Shown here: in pieces, positions 31,334 to 42,200 of the stretch
Position numbering within the stretch: position 1 is the first letter of the stretch
Layout of the letters: every line of letters begins with the position of its first letter
Origin: Euglena gracilis
Taxonomy: Eukaryota
Length of the DNA stretch: 64,000 nucleotides
Reading direction: 5' to 3'
NCBI GenBank assembly: GCA_039621445.1
Contig: CP154954.1
Location: 17,266,589 to 17,330,588, forward strand
Made by a program: the position numbers and the translations under genes
Notes under the pieces: generated by a model
What the model was told of the DNA's origin: nothing
The model's database searches: none
Seen by the model: only the letters and a program-made list of their open reading frames with translations

Positions 31334-33254
31334 CATTGTGATTGCGCATGTGCGCAAACAGTGCTGAATGCGCATGTGCGCAATCAGCACTGTTTGCGCA
31401 CATGCGCATTCAGGACTGATTTTACCAGATGTTCTGAATTGTGTTGGTTTTGACGACTCACCCGTAATACGAAGTGGACAGTGCAATTGCTGTGTCTTGG
31501 GTTATTCCACTGAGCTGTTCGATGTATACAGCGTGTTAAGAACGCTTTTGCTAACCCGTTCTCTTTCTTGTCTTGACTGAGAGGTCATGACCACAGAATG
31601 CGCATGTGCGCAAACAAACCACATATGACCGTCTTCACCATAATCTCTTGGAATGCGCAGATGCGCATTCGCAGTAACTTCGATCGTTGGGAATACACAG
31701 ACTGACTCAAACACCCGGTCAGTGTGTGGCAATGTTCTCTTTTCGCGAATTGACTTGGTGATTGCCCGGCCAGCACCCATCCGCCGCCGTGCTTCGCACG
31801 GCGCAGCCCCTGTGCGTCAGTCCGTTTTCGAGCAACCCGCTCCCTTGCGCCGCAGGCAGCGGGCCTGCCCATCCCGGCGGCTCCGCTGGTGGTGTGCGAC
31901 GGGTCCCCCACCCCCGTGCCGTCGGCCCAGAGGCCCGGGCCGGTCTCAGCACCCCACCTGGCCGGCCGCATCCCCGATCCCGTGCCGCCCGCCACGGGCC
32001 CCAACGTGTACCTCCCAGCCAACCCCGACGAGGACGTCGCCTGAGCTGGGACCCCGCACGGGCGGGGCACCCCCACCACCCGGGACACGGGGGCGCTTGA
32101 TTCGTCCGACGTTCTGGAACGATTGGGAGGACTGCGGGGGGTGCGCGCAAGTGTGTAGAACACCGGGGCGGAGCCCCCGCGCCTTGGTCAGCCTCCTTTC
32201 GGACAGCTGGGCACGAATTTTTCCTCCAAAAAATATCCGCGTACATTACGCGATTCTGCGCGACTAGCATTGCACACGTCAGGTGTGTAATTTTGTCCAG
32301 TGATTTTCGCCAAAACAGAGCCTCAGGACTCAAAATTGTGCATCCGAAATATTTCGACTTCCCCTGACCTGTCCAGAAAAACAGCACCGCTGGAGGCGCC
32401 GCCGTTGTCGAAATCGCCTGTTCTGGCCCTTTCAGAGGCATTCGTTAAAAAAAAAATTCGTTTTGGATGGTTTTTCCTCGGAGGGGATGGTACCAACTCT
32501 TGCACTGGGCTTGGGCGGGTGCGGGTGCGCGGCACCGCCCCACTGCTGGTTGCCGCGCACGTGGGGCCCCGGGCGCCGCAGGCCCCCGGGGGCGGCGGCC
32601 CCCCCGTGTGGGCAGAACGCGGACCGCCCAGGTCGCGGGGAGCGCTTGGAGACGACCGGGCCGTGCACCCGTGGGGCCCTGCCGGGGGGACGCGCACAGT
32701 GGAGATGGGCGTGTGTCGACGGCCCCGGGAGCCATACCCGTGTGCTGTGGTGGCGGCCCCTTCGTCCCGGGGGGGGAACCGTGGCCCCGCGGAACGGGAC
32801 TCGCCCGCGGACGCGACCCCCCGCGGGTCCAGGCCCGCCCGGCGGACCCCACCTGCGGGCGCGGGGCAACCCGCCCCCCGCGGCCCGCGCCCCCGCCCCC
32901 CCCCGTGCCCCGGGGGCCGGGCCCTGAGGGGGGGCGTGGCGGAGCGGCACCCGCCTGCCCACCGCGGGAGGGCATCCCTGACCGGTGTTGACCGGGCCAA
33001 CGCAACCCCCTGCGTGGACCCCACCACCCGGGGCACGGGGCGATTCGGTCCCGTTTGGGCGCTGGGGGGGGAGGGGTTGCGGCGTGGGCGGAGCCCGTTG
33101 ACCGCCTCCGTGCCCAGGCGGGATGGGTCTCCACAACGCGCTCGCAATTGCCACCCGTCTCGATGTGTGGCCCTTCACTTTTTCCCGCCGATTGCACCCC
33201 GTGCGCCCCGGGGCGGCGTAGGCGCCGTGTTCAGAGTTAAATTCGCTTGGAGCG

Positions 33255-36200
33255 GTGCAGGGGGGGGGGTGGTACCAATTCAGCTTCTATAGGGGTTGCC
33301 GCTCCGTACACACTGGGTCATGTACCATTTCTCGACCACAGGGCACCGGCACCCCCATGTCCCGCCCCCCATCGCCAGCGCCCTCAGTCCCCGACGTGCC
33401 GGAGCCCCTCACGGTACCCCCCACCCAAGGTCCCTTGCAGGAGGAGGAGGAGGAAGCAGAGGGGGAGAGGCGGAGGAAGAAGAAGAAGCGAGTGGTGGAG
33501 GCCATCGCGACATGGGCGGGCGGGAGGCCTGAGGACTGGCTGTTGCCGGGTGAGCAGCGCATCGAGCTCACCAAGGTGCGCTTCGACCTGAGCTGCCGAG
33601 AGGGGCAGGTGCGGTCGTTGGTGGCGGAGGACGTGGACCGCGTCTACGAGGCCATGCGCACCAACCCCCCCACCACGGTGCAGAGAGTCGTGGTCTGGGC
33701 GGCAGACACGATAGGTATGCGCATGTGCGCATTGTTTGTTGGTTGGTGATTTGCTTTGCATGATGAATTTATGGATGGATATGCATTGATTGAATTGGCG
33801 AATGCGCACCCGCGCAAACATGCAGTGGCTTTGGCATTCATACCTGGCTTGCAGCCTCTTTCCATCCCCCTGCCTTCCTCGTTCGTCTCGTCACAGATCG
33901 GGAGTACGTGGTGGTGGGCGGCCAGCACATGACCGCGGCGCTGAAGAGGATGGCGGAGGACTTCCTGAAGGAGCGGCGAGGTGCCGGAGCAGTACCGGTG
34001 GGTGCTGGCGAGGGTGCTGAAGCACGGCAGCTGGCCGGTGGCGACAACCAGGCGCAGCAGATGCAGGTCCACGGCCTCCCCCTCAGCAGCTTCGCGGCGC
34101 TGCTGCTGGGCGACGACGTGCGGGCGGAGGCCAACCCGAAGGTGAGGCCTGGCGGTGGCGCTGCGGAAGGCGGGGGGGGTTCGGTCGGAGCGGCGAGGGG
34201 GGCCTCACCGCGGGGCGCTGTCCAGGCCATGATGACCGAGATCACCACGATGCCAAGCGCCCCATCCCTCCTCCATTAGGTCGGTGGACCTTCAGCCGCT
34301 CGCCCATGACGGGGTAGCGGGGCCCTCGCAGGTTGCCGCCAACAGTCCAAGGTGGACTGACGCTTCGGTGGGGGCACGTCGGCCTCAGCGGCCGGAGACC
34401 GTGCCCTGGTTGATGATCGCGGCGTGGCGGGGGGCTTGGCTGACGCTGCTCGTGCCGGAGGGGCTGTCCGCTGCCTCTTCACTGGAGCCAGGTCCTCCAC
34501 CGCTCGCGCCCGCCGGTGATCCGCCTCCTCCGCCGGCGCCGAGACGCGTAAAGATGACAGGTAATCCTTCCACCGTTGCTGGAACAGCTCGTACCAGGCA
34601 GCTGGCTCCCCATGGGCGGGTGTTACGATCTGCACCGGCCAGCGCTGGTTGTGGCTGTCCCGCAGGCCCGGTCCCAGGGCACCGACCACATCTCGGGGGA
34701 TCATGTAATCCCGCAGCTCGTCGTCCAGGCCAACCTGGCGACGCAGGCGACGGGTGAAGCCCAAGGCCAGCGCGGACTCCGAGCTGCCCGCGGTGGACGG
34801 GAAGGGCATGCCCTTGTCCACCTCCCACAGCAGAAGGAGCGCTTTGCTCGGCAACCCCTGCTCCACCGCTGCCGCCCGCAGGTGGGGGTGATACCGCAGC
34901 CAAGCAGCAAGGCCTGCATCCACCTCCTCGATGGTTGCCGCGGAACGGGGAACCGGACGGGCAGCTAATTCGCGCTCAGCCCGCTGGCGCCACCGGTCCG
35001 CATCCCGATGCATGCTGGGGGTGCGGTTATACAGCCGTGGCGCTGCGGAAGGCGGGGTAAGACAGGACCCAGAAGACGGTGTGGCTCGTGCTGTATGGGG
35101 GTAATGGATGATGATGCAATGTGGGTGGTCAGGTTCGGGAGATGGCATGCAGCAGTGTGTGGCATAACATGATTGCGCACATGCGCATTCTTATAAGAGA
35201 AGAATGCGCATGTTCGCATTTTGGTCCGTTCAATGGAATGTTCATATACTTGTCTCCCGCCTCCCACACTCAGGACACGGCAACCAAGGCGTACAGCCCC
35301 CTCCAGCGCTGGGTGGAGCAGCTGGGGCAGCAGGCCATCGAGACGCTGCGGAAGCTGGAGGTGGCGAAGAAGGGGCTGACGGTGTCGGCGCTGCGGTCCC
35401 TGAGGATGCTGATGACACCGGAGGCGCGGGCGGCGGTGGTGCCGGCGCTGCTGGGGGAGAAGCCCAAGCTGCAGGACTTCGAGAAGGCGGTGAGCGACGC
35501 CTGCCTGGAGATGTGGATCAACTTCCACTGGACGGAGGCCAACCGCTTCATCCACCCGGACGTTGGTGTGTTTGTTGTGTCGCCCACCCACGTTTGCATT
35601 TCGTGCCATGGAACGTGATGGATGCAGCATGCTATGGGCATTGATGGCTTGGTGTGGGGTGCACTGCATAGTATGATTTGATTGCGAACCTGCGCATTCT
35701 CCCAACCACTCCCGTACACTGCCCTCGCAGTGGAGGACTGGGCCGCCAGACGGAGGTTCAAGGATGCCGTCGCACTCCGCCACCTGGTCGTGCGGCTCGG
35801 GCGGTGGGAGTGGCGGGAGGACGCGCCGTGCCCGCCCTTCACGGCGCTGGCCACCGCCGAGGTCTGGACGTCGGTGAAGTTCGAGGCGCTGCGGGAGAGC
35901 CTGGCCGCCCCGCGCCCGAAACCCAAGGTGGTGGTGACGGAGGACCCGGCGCACCTGGCCTGCGTGGACTACGCGCGGGAGATCCAGGGGGAGCAGAAGA
36001 CCCTGGCGAGGGTGTTTTGCTACTCGGCGTCGTCGGAGGCGGGGGTGCCGATGCAGGCGGAGCAGGCTCGGGTCCGGATGGTGGTTGTGCAGGCTGAGCG
36101 AGGGGTGGCGATCGCGCCGCAGGTGTACGCCGTGGCGGACGACGTCCCCGTGGTGGTGTTTGGGATGCCGGCGCAGGCGCTGGCCACGGTGGAGCACATC

Positions 36201-38448
36201 CACCGGCGGGTGGCCACCAAGCACCGTACCCGCCCCCCGGGCAATTGTCGCGTGACAAATCGGGCAGCACGGAGGGGGGTGACAATTTCCCGGGGTGACA
36301 ATTTGGCCGGCACAGAGGGGGGTGACAATTGCCCGGGGGCGTCAATTGCCCGGGGGCGTCAATTGCCCACCCATGTAGGCCACATTAAATCCAAATGACC
36401 AAAAACACCATCTGAAACACCAGTGAACACGCAAAAATGAACCTATGTTTGTGATATTGTGCAGAGCATTTGGTATGTGACATTTCTCAGCACGTTCTAG
36501 CGAAATAGAGGACCAATCGAGTCGTGTCGGCGAAAAGAAAGTTCACAAACATCTTCTGTGGGGGGGGGTGACAAATTGGGCAGCACGGACGGGGGTGACA
36601 ATTTCCCGGGTTGCAAATTGGCCGGCACAGCCAGGGGTGACAATTGCCCGGGGGCGTCAATTGCCCGGGGGCGTCAATTGCCCGGGGGCGTCAATTGCCC
36701 GGGGGGGGGGGCGGGTATCGATGTAGACTGCTGGGTGAGGACCGAGGTGGTGGAGTTCGGGGCGCAGCGCCACCGGCCGGTGAAGTTCTCCCTCCACGTC
36801 CTCCTCCACGACACGGAGCTGGACAGGCTCAAGGTCTGTGTCTGCAACCCCTCCCTGATGCTCTGAGTCAATGGCAATGCATAAACGCTGTGTCTCTGGA
36901 TGCATATTACGCCAGAAGAGTGCTTGGGTGCGGTCCTGGCAATGAATGCGCACTTGCGCAATCCTCCCTGCATGGGATGATTGCGCATGTGCGCATTCTT
37001 ATTTGCGTTTATAAGATGTTGCATTCCATGTCTCTGTTGGCATTCCATATGCAGTACTGAATGCGCACCTGCGCAATGCCTACCCCCTTTGCCATCCCTG
37101 CTCAGGTCCCCCCCGTCATCCTCTGGGACCGGGAGTCCAACGGCTCCTCCGACGCGTTGCACTGGGCCGTGGTGGACTACCTGTGGCGGCGGGCTGTCCG
37201 GCGACCGGTGGAGGCGGACAGCTTCCTCCTCCTCCAGCTCCCCTCGGCGGTGCGGGTGGGCCACATCCTCAACTGGACGCCCAACCCCCCGCACATGGTG
37301 GCGGTGCTGACGGGGAAGGAGAGGGTGCAGCCGGTGGAGTACACCGAGCACATCCGCCACGCCGTGCAGGAGGCCTGCCCGGTGGACAACACCGGGCTGT
37401 GGAAGCAGCTGCAGGACGCGGTGGAGAAGTCCGAGCCGCTGTGGACGGTGGTGGAGTCCGAGGTGCTGAAGCAGCTGCTGGAGGTGAAGGCGACGGAGGC
37501 CCAGGCCCGGAAGGAGGCCGTCCAGCGACGGGCGGAGAAGAAGAAGGAGCGGGCGGCCAAGCGGGCCGCACAGCGGGGGAAGGCCAAGGCCAAGCCCAAG
37601 GCCCGGCCCAAGCCCAGCACCTCCCAGGGGGTGCCCCAGTCCCTGCTGCGCACGGCCCGGATCTACGAGCGGCGGATCCGGAGGAACATCGCCCGGGAGG
37701 AGGGGCGGCCACCGGTGTTCACGTCGGATGAGGAGGAGGAGGATGAAGAGGGTGAGGAAGAGGAGGGTGATGATGAGGAGGGCCAGGGGGCCAGTGGAGG
37801 GTCGTCGCCGCTGTCGTCGCACCCCAGCTACGAGGAGGGGGAGGAGCCCGAGGGGGAGGCGGAGCCCGAGGTCCCGGAAGGCCAAGAGGAGGCCTCCGCA
37901 CAGGTGGTGGAGGGCGAGGGTGGCGAGGAGGGGGAGGGGGAGGGGAGCAGAGGGCCGCCCAGGCTGTGGTGGAGCCAGAGACCGTGGTGGAGTCCGAGGA
38001 GGAGGAAGGGGCCAGGGGGAGGGAAGAACGGCGAAGGCAGCCCGTGGTCCCGGTGCCCCCAGTGGAGGAGGTGGAGGCCCCAGAGCCCACTCCCCCCCCG
38101 CCCCGCCCAGCGCCCAAGCAGCCCAGCGGCCCCCCACCCCTCGGCATGGTCCGCCGCCCGGCGGGCAAGACCCTCCCCCCGCCCCGGAGGCCCTCACCCC
38201 CAAGGAAGAAGAAGAGGGGTACCCAGGAGGAGGAGCCGGAGGCGACGCCACCCCCCAAGCGGAGGACCTCCCTGCTGTCCAGCCCCAGCCCCAGTCCCAG
38301 CCGCCCCGAAGACCCGCCGGGCGGCAACGTCCCAAGCAGCAGCGCCCGCGCCTCCCACGCCTCCAGCCAGCCTCCCTCCCCCAGCCCCCAGCCCCCAGCC
38401 GGTGCCCGATCCCCAGCCCAGTCCCCAGCCCGCGGCCCCCAGCAGTAG
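33255..38448 (+). CDS. Five-exon cargo gene: N-terminal ParB/Srx-fold-like domain, central alpha/beta region, Lys-rich, acidic and Pro-rich tail; interrupted by a MITE
   Basis: GT-AG introns 33715-33896, 34142-35273, 35566-35730 and 36834-37105 all join in frame. The spliced N-terminus FDLSCREGQVRSLVAEDVDRVYEAMRTNPPTTVQRVVVW..D-REYVVVGGQHMTAALK..ARQLAGGDN follows the ParB pattern (R...L..S....P+.V...Y.++.G.HR..A...N). The start and the 3' end are uncertain, with a frameshift near 37940. Confidence 0.7.
34176..35036 (-). mobile_element. 861-bp insertion with a 21-bp target duplication, probably a 5'-truncated retroelement, in intron 2 of the ParB-like gene
   Basis: gtggcgctgcggaaggcgggg occurs at 34155-34175 and 35037-35057. 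The insert is open on the minus strand from its edge to TAA at 34278-34276 (…HGRAAEGPPT*), followed by a ~100-nt 3' tail. Confidence 0.7.
36229..36715. mobile_element. MITE (CAATTGCCCGGGG repeats) inserted at TA in an exon of the ParB-like gene
   Basis: TA|cccgccccccgggcaattg ... caattgccc(G)ncggg|TA. Removing it and one TA restores aag cac cgt atc gat gta gac tgc tgg (KHRIDVDCW). Confidence 0.9.
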
Positions 38449-41400
38449 CAGTCCCCCGCAGCGCGGACCTCCCTGCAGGAGCGGACGACCAAGTTCACCC
38501 TGCTGCCCTTCCCGCCGCCGCGGAAGGAGAAGTGAGTCCACAGGGGGGTGCACTCCTCTTCAGACTCCTCAGCCCAGTGCAAACATTGCGCATGCGCGCA
38601 TTCTTCTGCTCACAGTGTGCTGATTGCGCACATGCGCATTGTTTTCCCATGCACACCCCTCTCTTCCCCAGAGGCAATCCCCTCCCGTTCTGCCAACCCC
38701 TCTCGCGTGCACAGTCGACATAGCCGCCGGTGGGTACACACAGTGCACACAGCGTCCGGGCCAAAAGAATGCGCACATGCGAATTCATCCCCTCTCCTGA
38801 ATCGTGCATGCCTTTTGGATTTGGTTTACCACGCGGTGCATGCACACCGACCAGCAGCACACACCCCAAGCATACACCTAGGCGGTCCACTGGACCAGGG
38901 TGGCACACCCGAGGCCACTCGGGGGTGCACCCCTGGGAGGTGGGCCAGGTGCGAGCACGCCCCTCCCTCTCTCTCTCCCCCATGGGAGAGACACAAAGGA
39001 CCAAGGGGAGTGAACCTACCAGCGCGTCCAGCGCTGCGCCGGGGCCGGCTGCGGCGGGGCGTCGGGCGGCGCAGGCGTGCGGCCAGAGGGCCGCAGTGTG
39101 TGCGAGGCACGGCGTGCCTGAACCTGTCACACCCATCCGTCAACCCTATACACCCGGCGAAGCATACCCACGCCGCAGCAACCATGTGTCGGACCGCCCA
39201 CCTCTCAACCCCTGCACACCTCCCCCTCTATACCCCTGGCACTCTCCCCCTCCCTCCCCCCTATATCGGACCAAGGACCAAAGGACAGTGAGGGAAGGTA
39301 AGGGATGGGACCGGCAAGGGAGGGAAGGGTGTCTCCAGCCAAAGGCCCATGCTTTGCCTTCAAATCAAAATAAAGTTGGGGTGGGGGGAGGGGGGTGAAT
39401 GCGCACCTGCGCAATACCGAGGCCACCGGGGAATGGGGGGAGCCGGCGGGTACTATGCCTTCACCGGACGAGGGTGCCGCCCCGAAAAACAGTGTTTCGT
39501 GTCGCATCGGCTTCGCTTGACGAGGTGTTTCCCCCGGCCGGCGGAGAACAAAAACAGGTCTGCTCAGAGTCAAAAAAGTCGGATTCCTCAAAAAAATCCT
39601 CGCGTACCGGAAGTCGTGGTACACCTTTGCTCTCGATCAGCTCGGCTTGTCGGGTCGGCCGCCCCGTCGGGTGGTGGTGACTCACTTGATAAAAAAAGAA
39701 TGCGCGGGTGCGCAAACTTGGGCAAAATATGAAAAGTGCATTCCCGGCCGTCTAAGACAGATCCCTCACCCGAAGGAGAGACCTATCAAAAACACTCCGA
39801 GAATGGCCATAGATTGGGACACAAGAAAAAAGGCCAAGGCTCTGACTCGTAGCCGATACACACAGTGAAGCTCTGCCACTGGTGCATGTAATTTCAAAAA
39901 AATGGATTCTGCTTCAAATCATAATTTCATCAACATTACCATCGTCCCTTAAACATTGTTTTTGAATTATTTTGCATGAAAAGAAATAACACGACAGAAG
40001 GGAGGACAAAGATTTGAGAGAATCTTCGTCACCAACCGCCCCCCCCCCCGGCCATATTTTCAAATTTCCATGTCTTCCACAAAGATCCACACCTGCGACT
40101 GGTGTCACTGGTGTGTGACGAGTTTAACAAACTTATAAATTAAACTAAAAAAACAAACCACCGGGGCCATTCCAGGCAGGTTCCCGTCTTCCAATTGCCC
40201 CCATCGTTCACAAACCCTGCTTCCTTTCTGCCCACCCTTAAAGCATCGGACAATTTTCGCCTGAGCTCTCTGACCGCGCATTTGCCCCCCCCATTCGTCT
40301 CCAACTCTCTAATTGTGTTTCTGCAAACACCCTAAACTCATCAATAAATGTCGGCCAAGCCTCAGTGCTGAAGACGGACAAATCAGCCAATAGAATAAGC
40401 CTCCCGAGTGGGAAAACTGCATATTTTTTTTCGGCGGATAACTGCCTACTTAGTCTGTTGCTTCCCACCCAAACACCTGCTAACTGCTCAATTATTTTGA
40501 AATCTTGGGATGGTTAGGCAATTTGCCGCCCAAAGCAAGCATTGAAAGTTGGTGGAAAAGTTTTGTGAAAAGGAAATTTGATTTCCCAGTTTTTTTTAGT
40601 CCTGGGCTATTTTTGGAGATGAACAGTTTTTTCATTGTAAGAGGTCTGGTGAAGGCAAGATAACACCAGAGCACCTGCCCACATCGTTGGGGAGTTCCCC
40701 CGCTACCATGGGCTACAGGAGGTAGTCCCCATTGTGTAAAGACCAGCAGCACCAACGTCTGGCCAACGTCTGGCTTCAGCAAAGGGGAGTATAAGAATTC
40801 AGATCCGAACGCAAACACAAAAAAAATGGAATGGACGCTAAAAAGGCAAATAGCTTGGCCACAAAAAGGGACACCCATCCAAACGTTCACCCGCTGGGTG
40901 GGGCAAAAGATGCAAAACCGCCAGAAATGCACTCCCCAACACACATACCCCGCGTCATTGAGAATGGCAGCGAGGCCGCTGCCTGTCCAGTATGCAACGG
41001 CATCGGCCTTGTCGCAGTCCACGCTCCGCAGGCGGTCTTTAAAGGTCCACTTCCACCAGAAGGGCTTCCCCTCCTCCAACGCGTTCCAGGGCGGCTCGGC
41101 CATAGCACAGAATCCTGTGTGAGGGGAATGGGAAGTGAATGGGAGGGGGATGGGGGATCGATATGACCACATATCGGAGGCCTTCAGGAAAAGTGTGGGG
41201 TATCGCAAAAAAATGCCAATCACAGAAATTGCGGAAAATTACGGAAATACAGCTATCAACCCCGCCGGGGGGAGGGGGCTGCCAAGTGCCTCAGAGGGAA
41301 TCCTGGTCCACTTCGCCTCATGTACGCCCGGCCCACCAGCACAGGCACCAATGGTCTAGCTTCGTTGCACACAGGAGGACGGCTCCCTTTTTTGATGATA

Positions 41401-42044
41401 CCGATGTGATGTGATGCACGCTAAATCGTGCCCCCCCCCCGTCTGGGAAAAAAAGGGGATACCCCGACGTAAACAGTGGCATGGCCGAAAACTTTTTCCC
41501 AAAATTGACCCAAAAGAGACTTTGGGCGTTTCGGGCACATGGTTTTCAGATTCACTTAAAAAAATTGCAGAACAAAAGGGAGAAAAAATGAAGGGAAAAC
41601 ACCCAATCCCGAGATTTTTTCTCCGCACCTTTTACCAACGCCACCTGGGTGGCCCAAAAATTTACATGTGCAGCCAAAATAACCCCTCCCCGAGACCGAG
41701 CAACGTGGCAGTAAAGTGAACAGCAATTGTGTGCATTGAATGGATGCAGTGGTGGCAGCATTCGGACAGAACAATCACACCATGACCATCGCTGAGCCCA
41801 GATGTCTTCCTGGCACTCACTGCTGGGTGGCTCCCCCTGGCTGGGTGGATCCCTGGCCTGACTCCCTCAGTAGCGTCCGTCACCTTGGGGTAATTTGCGC
41901 GTTAGGGGTGAGGTTAGGTGCGGGGTTTTTCTTTCTTCGACAATGCAGCCCAGTGTTTATGCCAAAGTGTGGGACGTTTCGGGCCAACGTTCTTCCTATG
42001 TCCTAACCCTATGTCTATTGCTAACTGAACCAAAATCTTAATCC

Positions 42045-42200
<156 letters not shown>

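Larger units (their letters stand above)
27059..39716. repeat. Dispersed 18-bp palindrome WWTGCGCANNTGCGCAWW, ~27 copies, confined to the large element
   Basis: Copies (some with 1-3 mismatches) start at 27059, 27087, 27497, 27533, 27994, 28074, 29439, 30358, 30384, 31341, 31367, 31393, 31597, 31652, 33716, 33801, 35172, 35203, 35681, 36945, 36980, 37060, 38585, 38623, 38768, 39398 and 39699. Confidence 0.92.
26998..39756 (+). mobile_element. Large (12,759 bp) TIR DNA transposon with 5-bp TSD, carrying transposase-like and ParB-like genes
   Basis: CTTAGACGGCCGGGAATGCACTTTTC (26998-27023) has its exact reverse complement at 39731-39756. ACAGA lies directly outside both ends (26993-26997, 39757-39761). 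The interior is much more GC-rich than the flanks. Confidence 0.92.

Noticed and set aside
27059-39716. Palindrome copies as a CRISPR-like array or NRF1 sites
   Set aside because: Spacing is irregular (26 bp to ~2 kb). The NRF1 motif TGCGCATGCGCA has no 2-bp spacer, and the host appears to be a euglenid.
26998-39756. Polinton/Maverick or virophage identity for the large element
   Set aside because: No recognisable protein-primed polymerase, integrase, packaging ATPase or capsid ORFs, and the TIRs are short.
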